A DNA stretch of 63,082 nt, filler included, from Globobulimina sp. (GCA_003354225.1; 23 parts of 23 records of this genome joined end to end with filler, not necessarily neighbours in it); one strand, 5' to 3'; positions 46,270 through 60,156 are shown, numbered from the whole stretch's first letter. Translations and numbers: made by a program. Notes: generated by a model not told the origin, from the sequence alone.

Positions 46270-46709
46270 TAATAATTGCATCAATTATAAAGCATATATA
46301 AATAGTTGTACATACTACATTGTAATAATTTGTAATTCTTTGACATTCTAGTTCATAATTTTAGACTCTGTTAGATTATAAGACAGCTTTTTGTGCCTAA
46401 TATTAATTACGCTTTTCGAAAGGTTACCGATTCGGATTCTGACGAATTGCAGAGGAAAGAAGTTTGTTCTGTGTTTGTTAGGACGCCGTAACTTTCAAGT
46501 ATTGTTGAAGTAGTTTTTTCATCTTCGTTGTTTTCTTCTTAGTTGAAGTCGTCTATGCTTAATCATGGGTACATGTGTTCAAGGTATAACGCACAAACAC
46601 CAACAAATTNNNNNNNNNNNNNNNNNNNNNNNNNNNNNNNNNNNNNNNNNNNNTTAATTAATTAANNNNNNNNNNNNNNNNNNNNNNNNNNNNNNNNNNN
46701 NNNNNNNNN

Positions 46710-48346
46710 TCAAAACAATTTAAACTTAATGCTGCGAGATGAAAGATTCTATTTTTTAAATTATTCTGACAACATATAGCTACCACAGAATATATTTTAT
46801 AATTTATATCATTATTCCCTCCAAAATATGCAATTGGAATTTCTGAAAATACCAAATCTCCCCAACTTTTGGATGAATAACCACGGCATTGTTCACATAA
46901 TGTTTCATCAAAATAATCCCTTCGAATCGATTCAAATCCTCGTTTCATAAAATCTTTCCCAGTTTGTACAATTCCATTAATTCCACCATTTGACCATTTC
47001 TTCAGTTTATGACACAAAGAAATGGTATTCGCGCCGAATTTCGTTGTATGTCTCGTATTGAAAGTTACAAATAAATTACTGTTCTTTTTCCAATATCTGA
47101 CAGATCCATTTAACTGCGACAAAGATTTATGCTTAATTTCATTATAAACTTTCTGTGCATTGCATAATATTTGAAATCCAATGCCAAGCATTGTCTGATA
47201 AATAAATATTTGCTCAGTTCTGTTCAAACTCAATTTTGATTTGTCGTGATTCATTTTTTTCATTTCATGAACATGCAACATTGCATTTATTAGATAGGAC
47301 ATAGTGGAAAATTTGCATTTTTTACGTCGTGTATATTTAGCTGATTTCTGATGAATGCTCCCAACGACACCTCCACTTTTTTTGCCGCCAATGGCTCGCG
47401 ATTTGTATGGTTGAATACGAGGATTATATAAATCCAACCATTCGTCAAATTTTCTCGACCATCCACGATAATGAATTCTGACTTGATCCGAACTACGATC
47501 GATTACAATTATCCGTGCGGTGTACCATCGACTCACAGCGTCCAAAGCGTCCACTTTCGAATCGACACACAATTCCTCCCTCCATTTAATTGGTTGCCGC
47601 GTTTTCATTTTCATTTTAATTGTTTTCTTTTTAATATTGGTTCGTTTGTAATTGAAATCGAACACTTTCAAATCATGCCAAACATGTTCAGGTCTGTCCA
47701 AACATGCATCGCGATAAAAATTAAGAAAGCCATCCAAAGATAATCTGTCTTTGTACGAACCAAATCTAGTGAATATGCCATATATTCTTGTTTTTGTGTC
47801 ACAAGTTTCTGCAACGCCGCATTTGAGGAAATATCTTTTCAAATCATTATAATTCATGCTTTTATCACTTTTATCATTGTTTGATGTATTGGCAAAGTTA
47901 TTGAATATGTCCGTTAGTGCCTTCTTTACGGATTTGAGTAAACAGAAAGAATATGTTCCTGTTCTTGTTAATAACGGATTTTTCTTTTTGTATTTTGATT
48001 TTGATAGTTTGCTTCGGTTAGGTTTGTATGCATTTATTTTTAATCTCATATTAATTCCAAAGTGATCCAATAAAAATTGTGCTTTCTCAATAAACGTGGA
48101 TTGTAATAATCGATTTATAGCCGGCATATTGAGCATTATTTGTAAATCACGTATGTTTGTATGAAATTGCTGTCTTGTTTCAATGAAATTATCTGCTATG
48201 AATATTGGATGAATATGAAATATGCCACTCTCTGTACTTCCTATATTACAGCTTATTATGTCATCATTTGTAAGGTATGTTTCATAGTATGACACCAAAC
48301 GAGATAATTTGGCGATAGTATGCAATTGCAGTTGCATGTCTGACAT
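46710..48346 (-). CDS. Hypothetical protein with EF-hand-like pair and Tudor/MBT-like domain, 3' truncated
   Basis: LSLDGFLNFY..C..RPEHVWHDL and WREEL..KVDALD..WYTARII...IHYRGWSRKFDEW. Confidence 0.6.
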
Positions 48347-48417
48347 TATTGTCAGATGAAGTCAATGTTTTTTTGAAGTTTTAACAGTAGTGTTAGATTA
48401 TTATGTTGCTTATTTAC

Positions 48418-49317
48418 TTATAGTTTTGATGTTGTTGTTGCACTTTCTATATTCCATAATGGTTTTTGTGGTGCCATGTATGGACTGAAAATACTAAGAC
48501 CACCATCAACCTTCAAACAAGTTCCCATAATATATGATGCTGATGGCGATAATAAAAAAACAACAGCATTGCTTACCTCCTCACATTCACCAGGTCTATA
48601 CGCATAAATATGTTTTATACCTCCTTTAATATGTTTATCATATAATTCCTTTGAATATGTATCAAAACTATCAATTCCCGATGAATTTATTAATCCAGGG
48701 GCCACACTATTTATTCTTATCCCATATTTGCTCCAATTTTGTTGCATTGTAACAGTTAAATTTTCGACACCAGCTCTTGCTGCGCCGCTGTGTGACATTA
48801 ATGGCATTCCTGGGGCACTAATGGCAGTAATATTAATTATTACTTTTTCAGAATTATCATTTTTATCTCGGTTTTTCCATAACTTATTAAATACATATTG
48901 TGATAATAAAAATGTTCCATTTAAATTTAAATCAATCACTGCTTTCCACCCTTTTTCTGAAATGTTATGTATTAACGATGGATATTGACCGCCTGCATTA
49001 TTTATTAAATAATCAATTGAAGATATATTATATTCATTTGATAATATGTTAAAAAATTCCTTTATTGAAGACGATAAACGAATATTTAATTTAATTGGAA
49101 TACATTTATTTTTCATATTTTTTGATGTCAACATATCGTTTATTTTATCTGACGATGCTTTTAAATTTTCAAATTTTCTACTTCCGATAATTACGGTGCA
49201 TCCTAAATACGCCAATTCCCTGCTAATTGCAAATCCAATTCCAGTTCCACCACCTGTGACAATGGCTATTTTATTGGTAAACAATCCTTGTTTGAACACT
49301 GTCGGAAAAGTTGCCAT
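48418..49317 (-). CDS. PECR: Peroxisomal trans-2-enoyl-CoA reductase (SDR)
   Basis: VTGGGTGIG, LINNAGGQY, KGWKAVIDLNL.GT, HSGAARAGV, and C-terminal PTS1 SKL. Confidence 0.9.
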   Translation of the reverse strand: MATFPTVFKQGLFTNKIAIVTGGGTGIGFAISRELAYLGCTVIIGSRKFENLKASSDKINDMLTSKNMKNKCIPIKLNIRLSSSIKEFFNILSNEYNISSIDYLINNAGGQYPSLIHNISEKGWKAVIDLNLNGTFLLSQYVFNKLWKNRDKNDNSEKVIINITAISAPGMPLMSHSGAARAGVENLTVTMQQNWSKYGIRINSVAPGLINSSGIDSFDTYSKELYDKHIKGGIKHIYAYRPGECEEVSNAVVFLLSPSASYIMGTCLKVDGGLSIFSPYMAPQKPLWNIESATTTSKL

Positions 49318-49455
49318 GTGATGTTTTGTGAGTATTTTTTTTTGAATATGTAATTNNNNNNNNNNNNNNNNNNNNNNNNNNNNNNNNNNNNNNNNNNNNT
49401 TAATTAATTAANNNNNNNNNNNNNNNNNNNNNNNNNNNNNNNNNNNNNNNNNNNN

Positions 49456-50437
49456 CCACCATTCAGAGACTGCAGTACTTCCCATTGATATTTATTTTTT
49501 GTTGGTTTTGGGAGATATTATCCATTTCTTACAATCACTGGTCGAGCGACGATTTATTTATCATTAAGATATTACAGGTATCCTTTACAAATTTGTACGG
49601 CTTATTCAATGCGTTGCTGTTCTTGTATGTGATTTATAATTATTCTTCGAATCATGTCAGTCATCGCAATCCGAAAACAATCGGACAGAAAAAAAGTAAA
49701 CAAAGCAAGACAACAAAGAAAAAAAATAAGAGCAAAAGGAAAAATAAGTCCAGACAAAGCGCACAGAACACGGAGGATGACGGCGGTGTCGCTGTCACGG
49801 TGACCACCACAAATATGTACCATGTCATTATTAAAGCAAATAAAAAAGGCGATGAGAATGTGGATGATATCTCCGGTAACACCGTGTCTTTAGGTATGTC
49901 GATAATGTTTGTCTACAAATGGCAGTATACATATATTGGTGTATAGGGGTCGGGAACATATCGGTGGTGTCACCCACCTCCGTATCGACGCGTGATGGCG
50001 TTGCAAATGCAAAGGTGAATGATGAGTATTTTGAAGAAAAGAATCTGATTCGACTGACTGACGATGATGAGGAGGATGCGGACGATTGCAATGCGTATGA
50101 AATAACAGAGGATAATTATAAGGATGGGCAGTACCATAATGTGACCATTGGATATAATGAAGATGAATCGGATTATTTTTATTCTGGTGAGGATACGAAA
50201 TCTGATAGATACGGAAATATTGGACTGATTGAGGAGGATGGAAGCGATCATGATCGCAGTCCGAAAGTGCCGGACACTGTGAAAACGTTAACAGACCGGA
50301 CTGGTTTCAGTTTGCTGCGGAATGAGTCGAATTTGAGGAGTGAGGATCTTAAATTGGAGTTGCAATATCCTTTCAATCACGATAATGATACCACATGTTT
50401 GCATGTCATAAATGACGCAAACGATGCGTATATATAA
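49456..50437 (+). CDS. GPCR-like protein, C-terminal part (TM6-TM7 + acidic tail; intron ~49894-49947)
   Basis: RLQYFPLIFIFCW and LYGLFNALLF are cAMP-receptor-like TM6/TM7 motifs. Confidence 0.7.
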
Positions 50438-50733
50438 AAAATCGTCACCTTTTTTCTCTACTGCATACAATATATGAATGTGAAGCGATATTTTCTAAAT
50501 TAAATTTTACAAACTGTTCCATTCAGTGACTACAGGATCGACTAGCTGGCACAAAACGGGGTGAATGCTTCATATTTAATAATCATAAAACTAAATTTAC
50601 GTTACATATAAAATCGCGTAACAAACAAGCAAATGAAAAGCATACATTTTTTATCTCAAAAACACAATCCAAAAAAAATAAGTCAGAAAGATAAAAAAAA
50701 ATATATCAGAAAGAGGACAGAAACATATAAACA

Positions 50734-51920
50734 TTATTGTGGTGGTGGTGAATATGGTGCAAGACTTGTAATATCCGTGGGACCAAATGATGGCTCCCTA
50801 TTAAATCCAACAGTTGACTCACCGATAGATATTCGAGGTTGCATCTCATTCATCTCTGCTTTGGGAGATGGCAAAACATGAGATCCGTTATTCTGGTTTG
50901 CATTGTTAATAATCGTTGTTAACGTGTCTACAACTTGAGGATTTTGAGCATTTTGAACATTTCTGACACTTTGAAAATTGGTAGTGCTCACTCCAAATTC
51001 TGTTTGATATTCTGAACTGCTCTCCTCGCTACTTTCTGCACTTTGTGCACTTTGTTGTGCATCAAAATTGTTATTATTGATATTGTGATCAGTGCCGGAT
51101 GCAATTTGTAGCATTTTTGCCTGGTTATTGGGAACAGATTGTGGGTATTGGTATTGATTGTAATTCGCAAACTGATTGTAATTATTATAGGTTGGCATAT
51201 TTGGATGTGCGGCCATGCCCATATTCTGCATTGTATTTGGCATTGATTGTGGTGCCTGGGGATAATTAGGGAAACTTACTGCATGCTGCGTATGCTCCGC
51301 ATGAAATGTTACTGGAGCTGGAGGTGGTGGCGGTGTTGGAGTAGATGCAGGTTTTTGTACATGTGCAAGTTTCGGTGGTGATGTGACGTTAACGTATTGT
51401 GAGTACATTTCGTTTGGGTCATTGGCTATTTGATTTGTAAATGGTTTGTGTGCTGCATTGTTATTACTTTCCTGATCAATGCTATTTCGATCTGGTGCAT
51501 ATGATTCTGATTTTAATTGTGTAGCGCCCATTGATCGTCCTTTTACAGTGTATTTCCAATCCAATGCCATGCCATTGGCCATTTCAACTGGTGCTGATTT
51601 TTCGTTTTTGCTGTGTTTTGGTTGATTTCTCTTTTTCGTAGATTTGCAACCTTTGCAGCATAGCACTATTATGCAACAGGTCAGCGCTGCTATGCAAACT
51701 AACACAATACCACCGATAATTAAATATACGATTTCAATGCCAAGCACTGACCCTAAATCATAAAATGGTTTGGTTGTTGGATTTGGAACACTTGTTGTTA
51801 CTGTAAAGGATCAACAAAAATATATGATGATTTAGTGAATTTCGAAATTTCCAGATCCAATAGTCACAGATGAATTACTTAACATGTACTGTTCGGTGAT
51901 GTAGCAATAAACGGCGCCAT
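50734..51920 (-). CDS. Single-pass membrane protein with Pro/Gln/Asn-rich cytoplasmic tail (5' exons approximate)
   Basis: Hydrophobic helix followed by a Cys cluster and basic residues. Low-complexity tail ending APYSPPPQ. Confidence 0.55.
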
Positions 51921-52284
51921 TATTTAAAAACAATGTAAAAAACACTTTTTTTTTTGTGTATTTTCGTTAGTAATAAGTATTAAAGGCTCGATTTTGTTAC
52001 AAGAGGGTTCCTACTATAATTCGGCGAATTATAACTGAATTAATTCTTCGCTAGACTGATTCTAAAATATGTCCGAGGCTACCACCTTGCCAATTTCATA
52101 ANNNNNNNNNNNNNNNNNNNNNNNNNNNNNNNNNNNNNNNNNNNNTTAATTAATTAANNNNNNNNNNNNNNNNNNNNNNNNNNNNNNNNNNNNNNNNNNN
52201 NAGTGTTTTTCATTATCGGCGTGCGGATTGAGTACAAAATTCTTGACAAAATAAAAAACAGTAAAGCGCTCATATTGATCAAAC

Positions 52285-53789
52285 ATGAATGGAACACCGC
52301 CACCACAACTTCCAATCCCAATGCCTTCATTTCTCGAAGGCAACCCATACTTCCAAGCAGGTTTTGGTTTAGCAATTATGGGATTTGGATTGCAAATAAT
52401 TCGGAGAGGTGGTATTGGCTTACAAATATTTGCAAAACGCCAATTTTTAACCTCGTTAGAGATAACAAATCGTGATGCTTCCTTCCCGTGGATCACGCAG
52501 TGGTTACAATCAACCACAAAAGGCAAACTGCGTCGTGTCACCGTTGAAACTGTTAAACGTCAAACACAGTCTGGCAAATCAATTACATCATACTCTATGG
52601 TACCATCCCAAGGTAAACATTTCATCAATTACAAAGTCAGTTAAGTTCAGCCAAAAACACTTTACACATTCTGAAATTTCTTGAAAATAAATGAAAAACA
52701 CTCCGTTCTGTTCTATTCTGTACATACACATTCAAGGGAACTTATTTAATGGTCGAACGAGATCGCGAATTGCGCGCAAAGGGCGGTAACGGTGATACAA
52801 ACGTATGGGAATCAATCAAATTCACCACCATTGGTCGCGAGCCATCTATATTCGAATCGATCTGCAACGAAGCACAGCAATTAGCAACCAATAAAGATTT
52901 GGATTATACCACAATATACACCTCGTGGGGCCATAGCGGGTGGAAACCATTCGGTAATCCTCGGAGAAAAAGACAAATCCACAGTGTTATCTTAGACAAT
53001 AACATAACGCAAACAATCACAAATGACATATACGAATTTTTAACGTGTAAACAGTGGTATTACGAACGTGGTATACCATACAGACGCGGCTATTTATTAT
53101 ATGGCGAGCCGGGCAGTGGAAAGTCATCATTCGTGACTGCCGTTGCTGGACACATTGGATATGATATTTGTGTCATGTCATTGGCTCAGCCGGGTTTGAC
53201 TGACGATCACTTAGCTATATCGCTGATAAATGTGCCTGAAAAGTCATTGATTCTATTCGAAGATGTTGATTGTTTGTTTTTTGATCGCGATGATGATGTT
53301 TCTGTTCGCGAAAACAAGCACAATTATATGAGTTTTAGTGGTTTTTTGAATGCTTTGGACGGTGTGAATGCGGGGGAAGAAAGGATAGTATTTATGACTA
53401 CCAATTATGTGAAACAATTGGACTCTGCGTTGATAAGACCGGGGAGGATTGACATGATGCAATATTTTGGGAATGCGACGGAGTATCAAATTAAACAAAT
53501 GTTTTACAGGTTTTATCCGGAAATAAATGAGAAACAGGATATTGATATGGACATTGAGGGTTTTGTGAAGGTATTGGATGGGAACGGAATATCCATGGCG
53601 GAGTTACAGGAATATTTTTTATTGCATAAGAACAATGTGGACAATGCATTGCATGACGCACAAATGTTTGTGGATACATTGTTAAACTCACCAAGACGCA
53701 AAAATAATAATACGCTTAATTTGAAAGAGAATGTGTTGGATGGAATTGAAATACTGAAAACAGATCAAAGTTCATTCAAAAACGTGTAA
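52285..53789 (+). CDS. BCS1: Mitochondrial chaperone BCS1 (intron 52636-52736)
   Basis: NPYFQAGFGL, WKPFGNPRRKR..SVIL, WYYERGIPYRRGYLLYGEPGSGKSS, FSGFLNALDGV, ALIRPGRID. Confidence 0.96.
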
Positions 53790-53899
53790 CTTGCAATATG
53801 AGCAATGTGAGGAACATACAACTGTCTCACGCATGATATGTGTGACAATCTTTTGCGCGAAGTGGTGAGCTGACTGCTTGTTTTTGTAAATTAGTAACA

Positions 53900-54847
53900 A
53901 TGAGACATACAAAGCATGATAGTCTATCAGATGATGGTGATGATATGGATATTGATGAAAATGAAGATGACGACCTTAACTATGAATATAACAACAATAA
54001 AAATCGAAATAACTTGAAATCACAATCTAAATGTATCAGTAAAAGAAAAAGACAAAGAGATTTACGTCATTTTGATGACGAACCAAAGAAAAAACGACCA
54101 AAATATTCAAGCACAAATCCATTAGATTCTAACAAAGGTTTAGAACAATCAAATCAAATATGTTAAGAATTAATTATATGCAGTAAATACTCTCTAACTA
54201 AGTGATAAATATAGCTGTTGCAAACGAGAAAAAGACAACATCCGATAAAGTGGAAAAAGAACAGGATTTAAATGACAGTTAAATAAAAATTATAGCCACA
54301 AATATTTGTAGAATATATACCATTATTTCCTTCATCTGGCATTTCATAAACATATTGTTATTTTTTTTTGCTAAACAGCTGTGATTGAAGGCATTGATAA
54401 AGCATTGGGTGCATATTATGAAAGTATGAGAGGCGAAGATTCAAATTACTATCGGGATGGCAATGAAGCAGAGAATGGATTATTTGCCGAATGGTGTGAC
54501 GAGAATGGTTATGATGATGATGGAGTTGCAGACGAATTGGGAATAAATGCAGATCCGTTGGAGTGTGCGGTGACAGATTTTACCGAAGATTTCCCATTTA
54601 ATACAAAGATTATTTTGAATAAAGAACAAGAAAAGTTGGAAATGTTTAAAATTTTACAACATTGTTATAAATTTGGATTTGATGCACGAATAAAATATGG
54701 GAATGACGCATTGGCGCATTTATCAGTGACAAATATATTTTTAAAGAAGTATTTGTATCAAGATAAGGAATTTGAAATTGATTATGATTTAAGTCAAAAT
54801 GATTTGGATCAGACACAAAGAATATATATGTCGCAATGTGATGGAGT
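53900..54847 (+). CDS. Uncharacterised multi-exon acidic-domain protein, 3' truncated
   Basis: Exon from ~54379 reads IDKALGAYY...FAEWCDENGYDDD...DFTEDFP...MFKILQHCYKFG, homologous to 13745-14138. Linkage to the 53900 exon is inferred. Confidence 0.6.
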
Positions 54848-55076
54848 NNNNNNNNNNNNNNNNNNNNNNNNNNNNNNNNNNNNNNNNNNNNTTAATTAAT
54901 TAANNNNNNNNNNNNNNNNNNNNNNNNNNNNNNNNNNNNNNNNNNNNTTTTTTTATCGCAAATGGATTTTTAAAGTAGATATTCGGAATGGACAAGGAAA
55001 AACAAGATTGGTGGTATTTTTTTTTTTTGAAATCAAGTCAATATTCGTGAAATTATCACCATATTACAATTGCACC

Positions 55077-56600
55077 TTAAACTGCATTTTTTTTGAAAAA
55101 AATTGCACTGTGCAACGTTTGTTCAAAAATATCAAAGTATTTCAATGCTATCAAAATACATTTGGGATTGGGGTTATTGGGCGCAGAAAATGTTTTAACC
55201 TTTCTGTTGTCTAAAACAATAAAACTGCGTTTTTTCAATACCAAATCACCAATTCGGTCATGGATACTATTCACATATTTTTGGGTTGGTACAGTCTCAC
55301 AACATTCACTCTCGCTTTTGCTCTCTTCATTCATATCTAACTCAATATATCGATTGGGGCGATAGGTTTTGTTTTTCCGTTCTGTAAAGTGATAAATCAA
55401 TACATTTTGTAATGGAATATTGGTTCGTATCGACCACTGTTCATATATTTCTTTGAATGTTTTGTTTCTGTAAATGATTTGCTCCTTTAACCATGAATAT
55501 TTCCCTCCCAAATCTAAAGTGTTGTGTGGGCACATTTCGATAATATCGTGCCCATTCAGCATGTATATTTGACATTTTTCATCGTTTTCTCTGACATCAT
55601 ATTTGGCCGAAAAATAACACTCCATTGCATTGATGTGTGATGGTATTTTATTGTTTCAATGTGCAAAATCATCGAAATTGATGTGATTGGGAGCAATGTT
55701 ATATTCATAATTTTTGCAAACATCACTGATGAAGTGCCTCAGCAGCCCATACGTAACATTCTGCTCCACAGATACAGAAAAGGAGGGCAACAAATTCATT
55801 TCATCTGAATTTTGCGGGAAAATCTCCAAATCCCTCAAATAAGTTTTGCTTTCGGTGAAGAGCAATGAATCATCAAACCATTGATAGCCATCGTATTCGT
55901 GAGCATGTTTGATGCGCGAATAAGTGTCAGTCTCGTTTATAGTATCTGCTCTAATTTGAAATGTAATATGTGAAAAACGGTCGATATCATCACATGCACC
56001 CAAAGTGTCGCTTGTCATGCTTTGTTTATTGAATATCAGATCTGAGTCAGTGTTGGTATAAAAGAGTAATTTCTCAATAAAATCTGTGGATTTGACATTC
56101 CTAAATTCAGCTTTTGAATGGTGCGAACAGTGACACAATATATTCAATGAATTGTTTCACAGAAACTGTTGCATTTAACAATAACCATTTGGCATAAACT
56201 TTTTGAGTAAAAATGTCAAAATATTTGATGAATAATAATAAACCAAAGTCTTCTTGGATGAATGTCTCATTTATGCTTGGGCATATCATAAATGTTTTAT
56301 CGCTCATGTTCGTCGTTATTTTATTGTTACATTTGCTGTTGTTTAACATTAGTTTGGTACAATTCACAGTGGGAGCGGTTCCAAATTGCATTTCATAAAT
56401 TGCGCAATGATTTAAATCAATTTTATATTCGTTTGTCTCATGCATCGATTCGCTAATAAATCTTTCAAATAATGTTTTGGTTTTCATACCCAAGGGTACT
56501 CTCAAATGAATCGAATGTCGCGGTTTTTCAAATGCATAATTATTTTTGCATTTCAGTTCGTATTTGTATTGCAATTCATGCATGGTAACGATGTATAAAT
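55077..56600 (-). pseudogene. Disrupted USP7 C-terminal ubiquitin-like-repeat homologue
   Basis: Twice (L/I)KYFDIF.Q, plus HFTERKNKTYRPN. In-frame TGA at 55656-55658, frameshift near 56112-56115, and further stops at both ends. Confidence 0.6.
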
Positions 56601-56770
56601 GACAGAAAATAATTTGCAGACATTTTTAAACGATTGTTTTATTTCCATTAGCGATAGAAACGAGCTAATATGACGGAGAAGATCGATGTCAAATTCAATA
56701 CTTAGAAGTGACATGATGCCAAAAGTGACTTAAATTAATAAGTGAAAACTTTAGTGCAAGGATGAATCTT

Positions 56771-57046
56771 TCACTTTCGCTTTCGGAAATTATAAGTTGT
56801 ATATGCAGCTAAACACACCATTCCCATAACCATCAACGGAATAATTTTCTTAAACCCAGATCGCCTTTCTTTCAACAACAGTTCGAATTCATTGTTCTTA
56901 GTTTTGTCGATCACTCTCTCTTTTATTATTTTAACGATCATATCCAACTGTTTCTGTTGCTTGCTCAAACTGGTTTGTATTTTGTCCAATGTCAACTCCT
57001 CTCTGTCATACGCCACACTCACCAATCTCTCTATCACATTCAGCAC
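56771..57046 (-). CDS. 3' fragment of a coiled-coil, tail-anchored protein
   Basis: Coiled-coil, C-terminal hydrophobic helix and RKRK. The frame breaks at the bacterial junction. Confidence 0.5.
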   Translation of the reverse strand: MLNVIERLVSVAYDREELTLDKIQTSLSKQQKQLDMIVKIIKERVIDKTKNNEFELLLKERRSGFKKIIPLMVMGMVCLAAYTTYNFRKRK

Positions 57047-57049
57047 ATG

Positions 57050-57460
57050 CTCTGTTTAATAGAGTTGGCTGAGGCCATTAGAGAACAGGGCATGAGCAAC
57101 ACCAAAGCAATAAATCTGGGTAGCGAAAAGATCAACGAGCGTGACACCTACAAAGTGGAGGTTAGATACAAAGAATCCGCTGATCCCCAGATTGACTTGT
57201 CAACCGTTGTCACCACTTTCTGGATCGATCAAGAGACCTCGCTACCGCAAAAACTTGAAATTAGCGTTGATTATGGGGGCATTGTTGGTAAGGGGGTTAT
57301 TGTGTTACAGGGTGAGATCAAACAGGATGTGATTGACAACGATTTGTTCACAGATTTCCCGGAAAATGAGACTGAACTTTTAGTAATAAATCTCGATGAG
57401 TTCCGACCCGTTGAACTCCCGTCCATCGATGAGGCAATACTCCAACCCAAGACTGAATAG
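57050..57460 (+). CDS. Bacterial LolA-like/DUF2092-type protein, 3' fragment
   Basis: LGSEKINERDTYKVEV...TFWIDQETSLPQKLEI...DLF.F. Higher GC, and a Shine-Dalgarno-like AAAGGAG at ~57578-57584 before the contig end. Confidence 0.6.
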   Translation, partial: LCLIELAEAIREQGMSNTKAINLGSEKINERDTYKVEVRYKESADPQIDLSTVVTTFWIDQETSLPQKLEISVDYGGIVGKGVIVLQGEIKQDVIDNDLFTDFPENETELLVINLDEFRPVELPSIDEAILQPKTE

Positions 57461-57692
57461 CTTTTGCTTTTCAAACAAACCAGCTTGCTTATCCACGATA
57501 TAAGGGGGTAGCGCTGCCAAATCTATAATTTAGAACTATATCAAAATGATCTGATACAAACCTAATTTACAAGATATAAAAGGAGATGATTTNNNNNNNN
57601 NNNNNNNNNNNNNNNNNNNNNNNNNNNNNNNNNNNNTTAATTAATTAANNNNNNNNNNNNNNNNNNNNNNNNNNNNNNNNNNNNNNNNNNNN

Positions 57693-58298
57693 AGAGACAA
57701 ATTACCTGCGAGGCGTGGCCTTGAAAGGAACCAATACATTTCTGATGTTGCCTATTGGTGACATTCCAGACATTGATATTATTGGAGGCAACCATTAAAT
57801 ACTTTTGTTTCTTCTTCTTATTCTTCCGCGAAACAAACGGATGAGTCACAGTCAAACAAGACGGCTCATCATCGCCCACAGACAACGAATTTAATAATTT
57901 GCCATTCAAATCCCAGCGGCATAATTTCTTATCATTCGAACAGCTGACGAGCTCAATAAAGAATTCATTATTCTCACTCAAAAGTGTATCAAATTTGAGG
58001 CCATTAATGCTCGAATAATGGCCGCCTTCCACGTGTTTAAAATCTTTGGAGACGTCTTGAGTCTGCTGCGATATCTCAAGTATTTTGCGAGCGGTGGTGA
58101 TGTTAAATAATACAATACGGCCCACAGAGTCGCCCAATGCAAGTAGGCAATGGTTCATATCGTCCAAAATGGCAATGGCGGTGTAGTGGATTTTTAGATA
58201 GTTTGGTTCGGATAATTCGGTGAATAATTTGCCGACTTCATTTTTTGAGTGCGACACTGATTCCAATTTCCATACTTTAATGCGACTATTGGCAGTGG
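57693..58298 (-). CDS. WD40 protein (WDR43/Utp5-like) internal exon
   Basis: NSRIKVWKL, LALGDSVGRIVLFN, GGHYSSIN, SCSNDKKLCRWD, INVWN..FQGHAS. Confidence 0.7.
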
Positions 58299-59274
58299 TC
58301 TTTTTTTAGTTTTTTTGTGATTTATATTTGAGGAGTCAGAGAAACACAAAAACGCGGATAAATTTCTTATAAATTCAAACATAAATATGGTGTCTAAGCA
58401 AAATTAAATGTATATTCATTGGGTGATACGCCACAAAGTATGACATTGACTTTGTGCGCGATTGTCGCGAATGAATAAGTGCCGGTTTTGTATTGGCATG
58501 CTTTTGATAATAATGCATTACAAATAAACAAATGCACAATCTTCGATATACATGCCGTATTTTGTTTTGTTTTGTAGTTAATATTTGTGGATAAATAACT
58601 AAACTGTGACGTAATAATTTGGCGAGGATTTGCGTAGAGTGCGCCGGGACATTCTTTGTGGTCGAATGTTGATTGGTTTATCTGATTAGAGTGTGAATAA
58701 AATGCGGTTTAGTTTGGAGGTTCGATGTGGATCAAATTGGATATTTTTTTTGTGTGTTGTCAGTCAAATATTGTGGTTCATCACGAGGATAAAGCCAACA
58801 AAGCTTTGTCAGACGGGGCAAGAAATTGCTATTATAGTATCATCATTATGTGTATAGGAAAGTGAGGGTGCTACTTACCTGGAAGGAATGATGTAAAGTA
58901 GGAAGAGTGTTTTTCGTTTATTTTCGATTTTCTCAATAGCACCAACTCAATAGCAATATTCTCAATCAGATATCAAATATCTCAAGAAATGTTAACATTG
59001 CAGACTGGCAACCTTTTAAATGCAATTAATACAGACTAGCGCCATGCATACATAGTAAAAATGAATGTCAACGAAGCACAAAAAAAAATGATTTGTTTTG
59101 CACCAATCGTAGTGTTGATAGGTGGAAAGAACGCTCATTTCAGACATTTCTGGATTTGCAAAGCGTTTCTGGTTAATTGAATAAAATGTATAATCGATAA
59201 TATCGTTAAATGTGTACGGAAAGGACTATCTGCAACCAGCCGATGGAAGAAGCCAAACTTTAAAAAATGATGCA

Positions 59275-60156
59275 TTAAATTAAATGCGGAGGCATTGCTA
59301 CTCCAAATACTCGACAATCATTGTTATTGTTATTGCTTTGTATATCATCCTCGATATCGTTGTCATTATTATTATTTTTCAACTTAGTCACTGTCTTTGC
59401 AATGCTTATTTTTACCTTTTTTGAGGGTGGTTCACAGCCATTTGATTCCTTATTAATATTATCATTTCTTTGTAATTTTCGTTTCTTGTTTTTAGATCCA
59501 GAGATTGTGCAATTATTATCATCTTTGACTAGCACTTTTTTGTTATGTTTAATATCCTCATCATTGTTTTCGTTCTTTTCAAAGTTTTGTTGAAATTTAA
59601 TTAATTGCCTCAAGAAATTTGCTTTTGGTTTGACTTTCGGTCGAATTGTTTTTAAATGCGTATAGGCGCTGGTTAGGTTCCATTGGTCCAAACTTATCAT
59701 ATATGCCAATGTTACGGTAACACTTCGACTCTGACCCTATAATTATAATAATTAGAAACAAAACCGTCTCAATTCAATATGAGAGATGTTTTAATATCTT
59801 AATATTTCCATTGCAACAAATTAGCGCAAGGATAAACATACCAACTGACAGTGGACCAACACAGAATGTCCTTTGTTTCGTGCATTGTTAATGAAATCAA
59901 TGCATTTTTCAAAATAGGGAGAAATATCTTCAACGTCGGAATCAACGCAGGGACATCGTAAATACTTAAACCTCTCATCGGTTTCAAAAAAATTGTGCAC
60001 TCCACCTTGGCTGCGTGGTGTAGTTACATTGATAATATCTGTGATTCCTAATTTTTCCAGTAATGATTTTGATTTTGCTGCTTTTTTGTCACCCAAAAAC
60101 AGATAATCCATTACTTTCACGCAACAATCAGCGTGTTCTTTTGGTAGGGTTTCCAT
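59275..60156 (-). CDS. Dual-specificity protein phosphatase (intron 59737-59841)
   Basis: YLFLGD, ITDIINVT, spliced HCQL|GQSRS catalytic loop, AYMI, PKANFLRQL. Confidence 0.93.

Noticed and set aside
53802-53877. C/D-box snoRNA-like segment (GTGAGGA...CTGA)
   Set aside because: Imperfect C box, only a 3-bp terminal stem and no recognisable rRNA guide.
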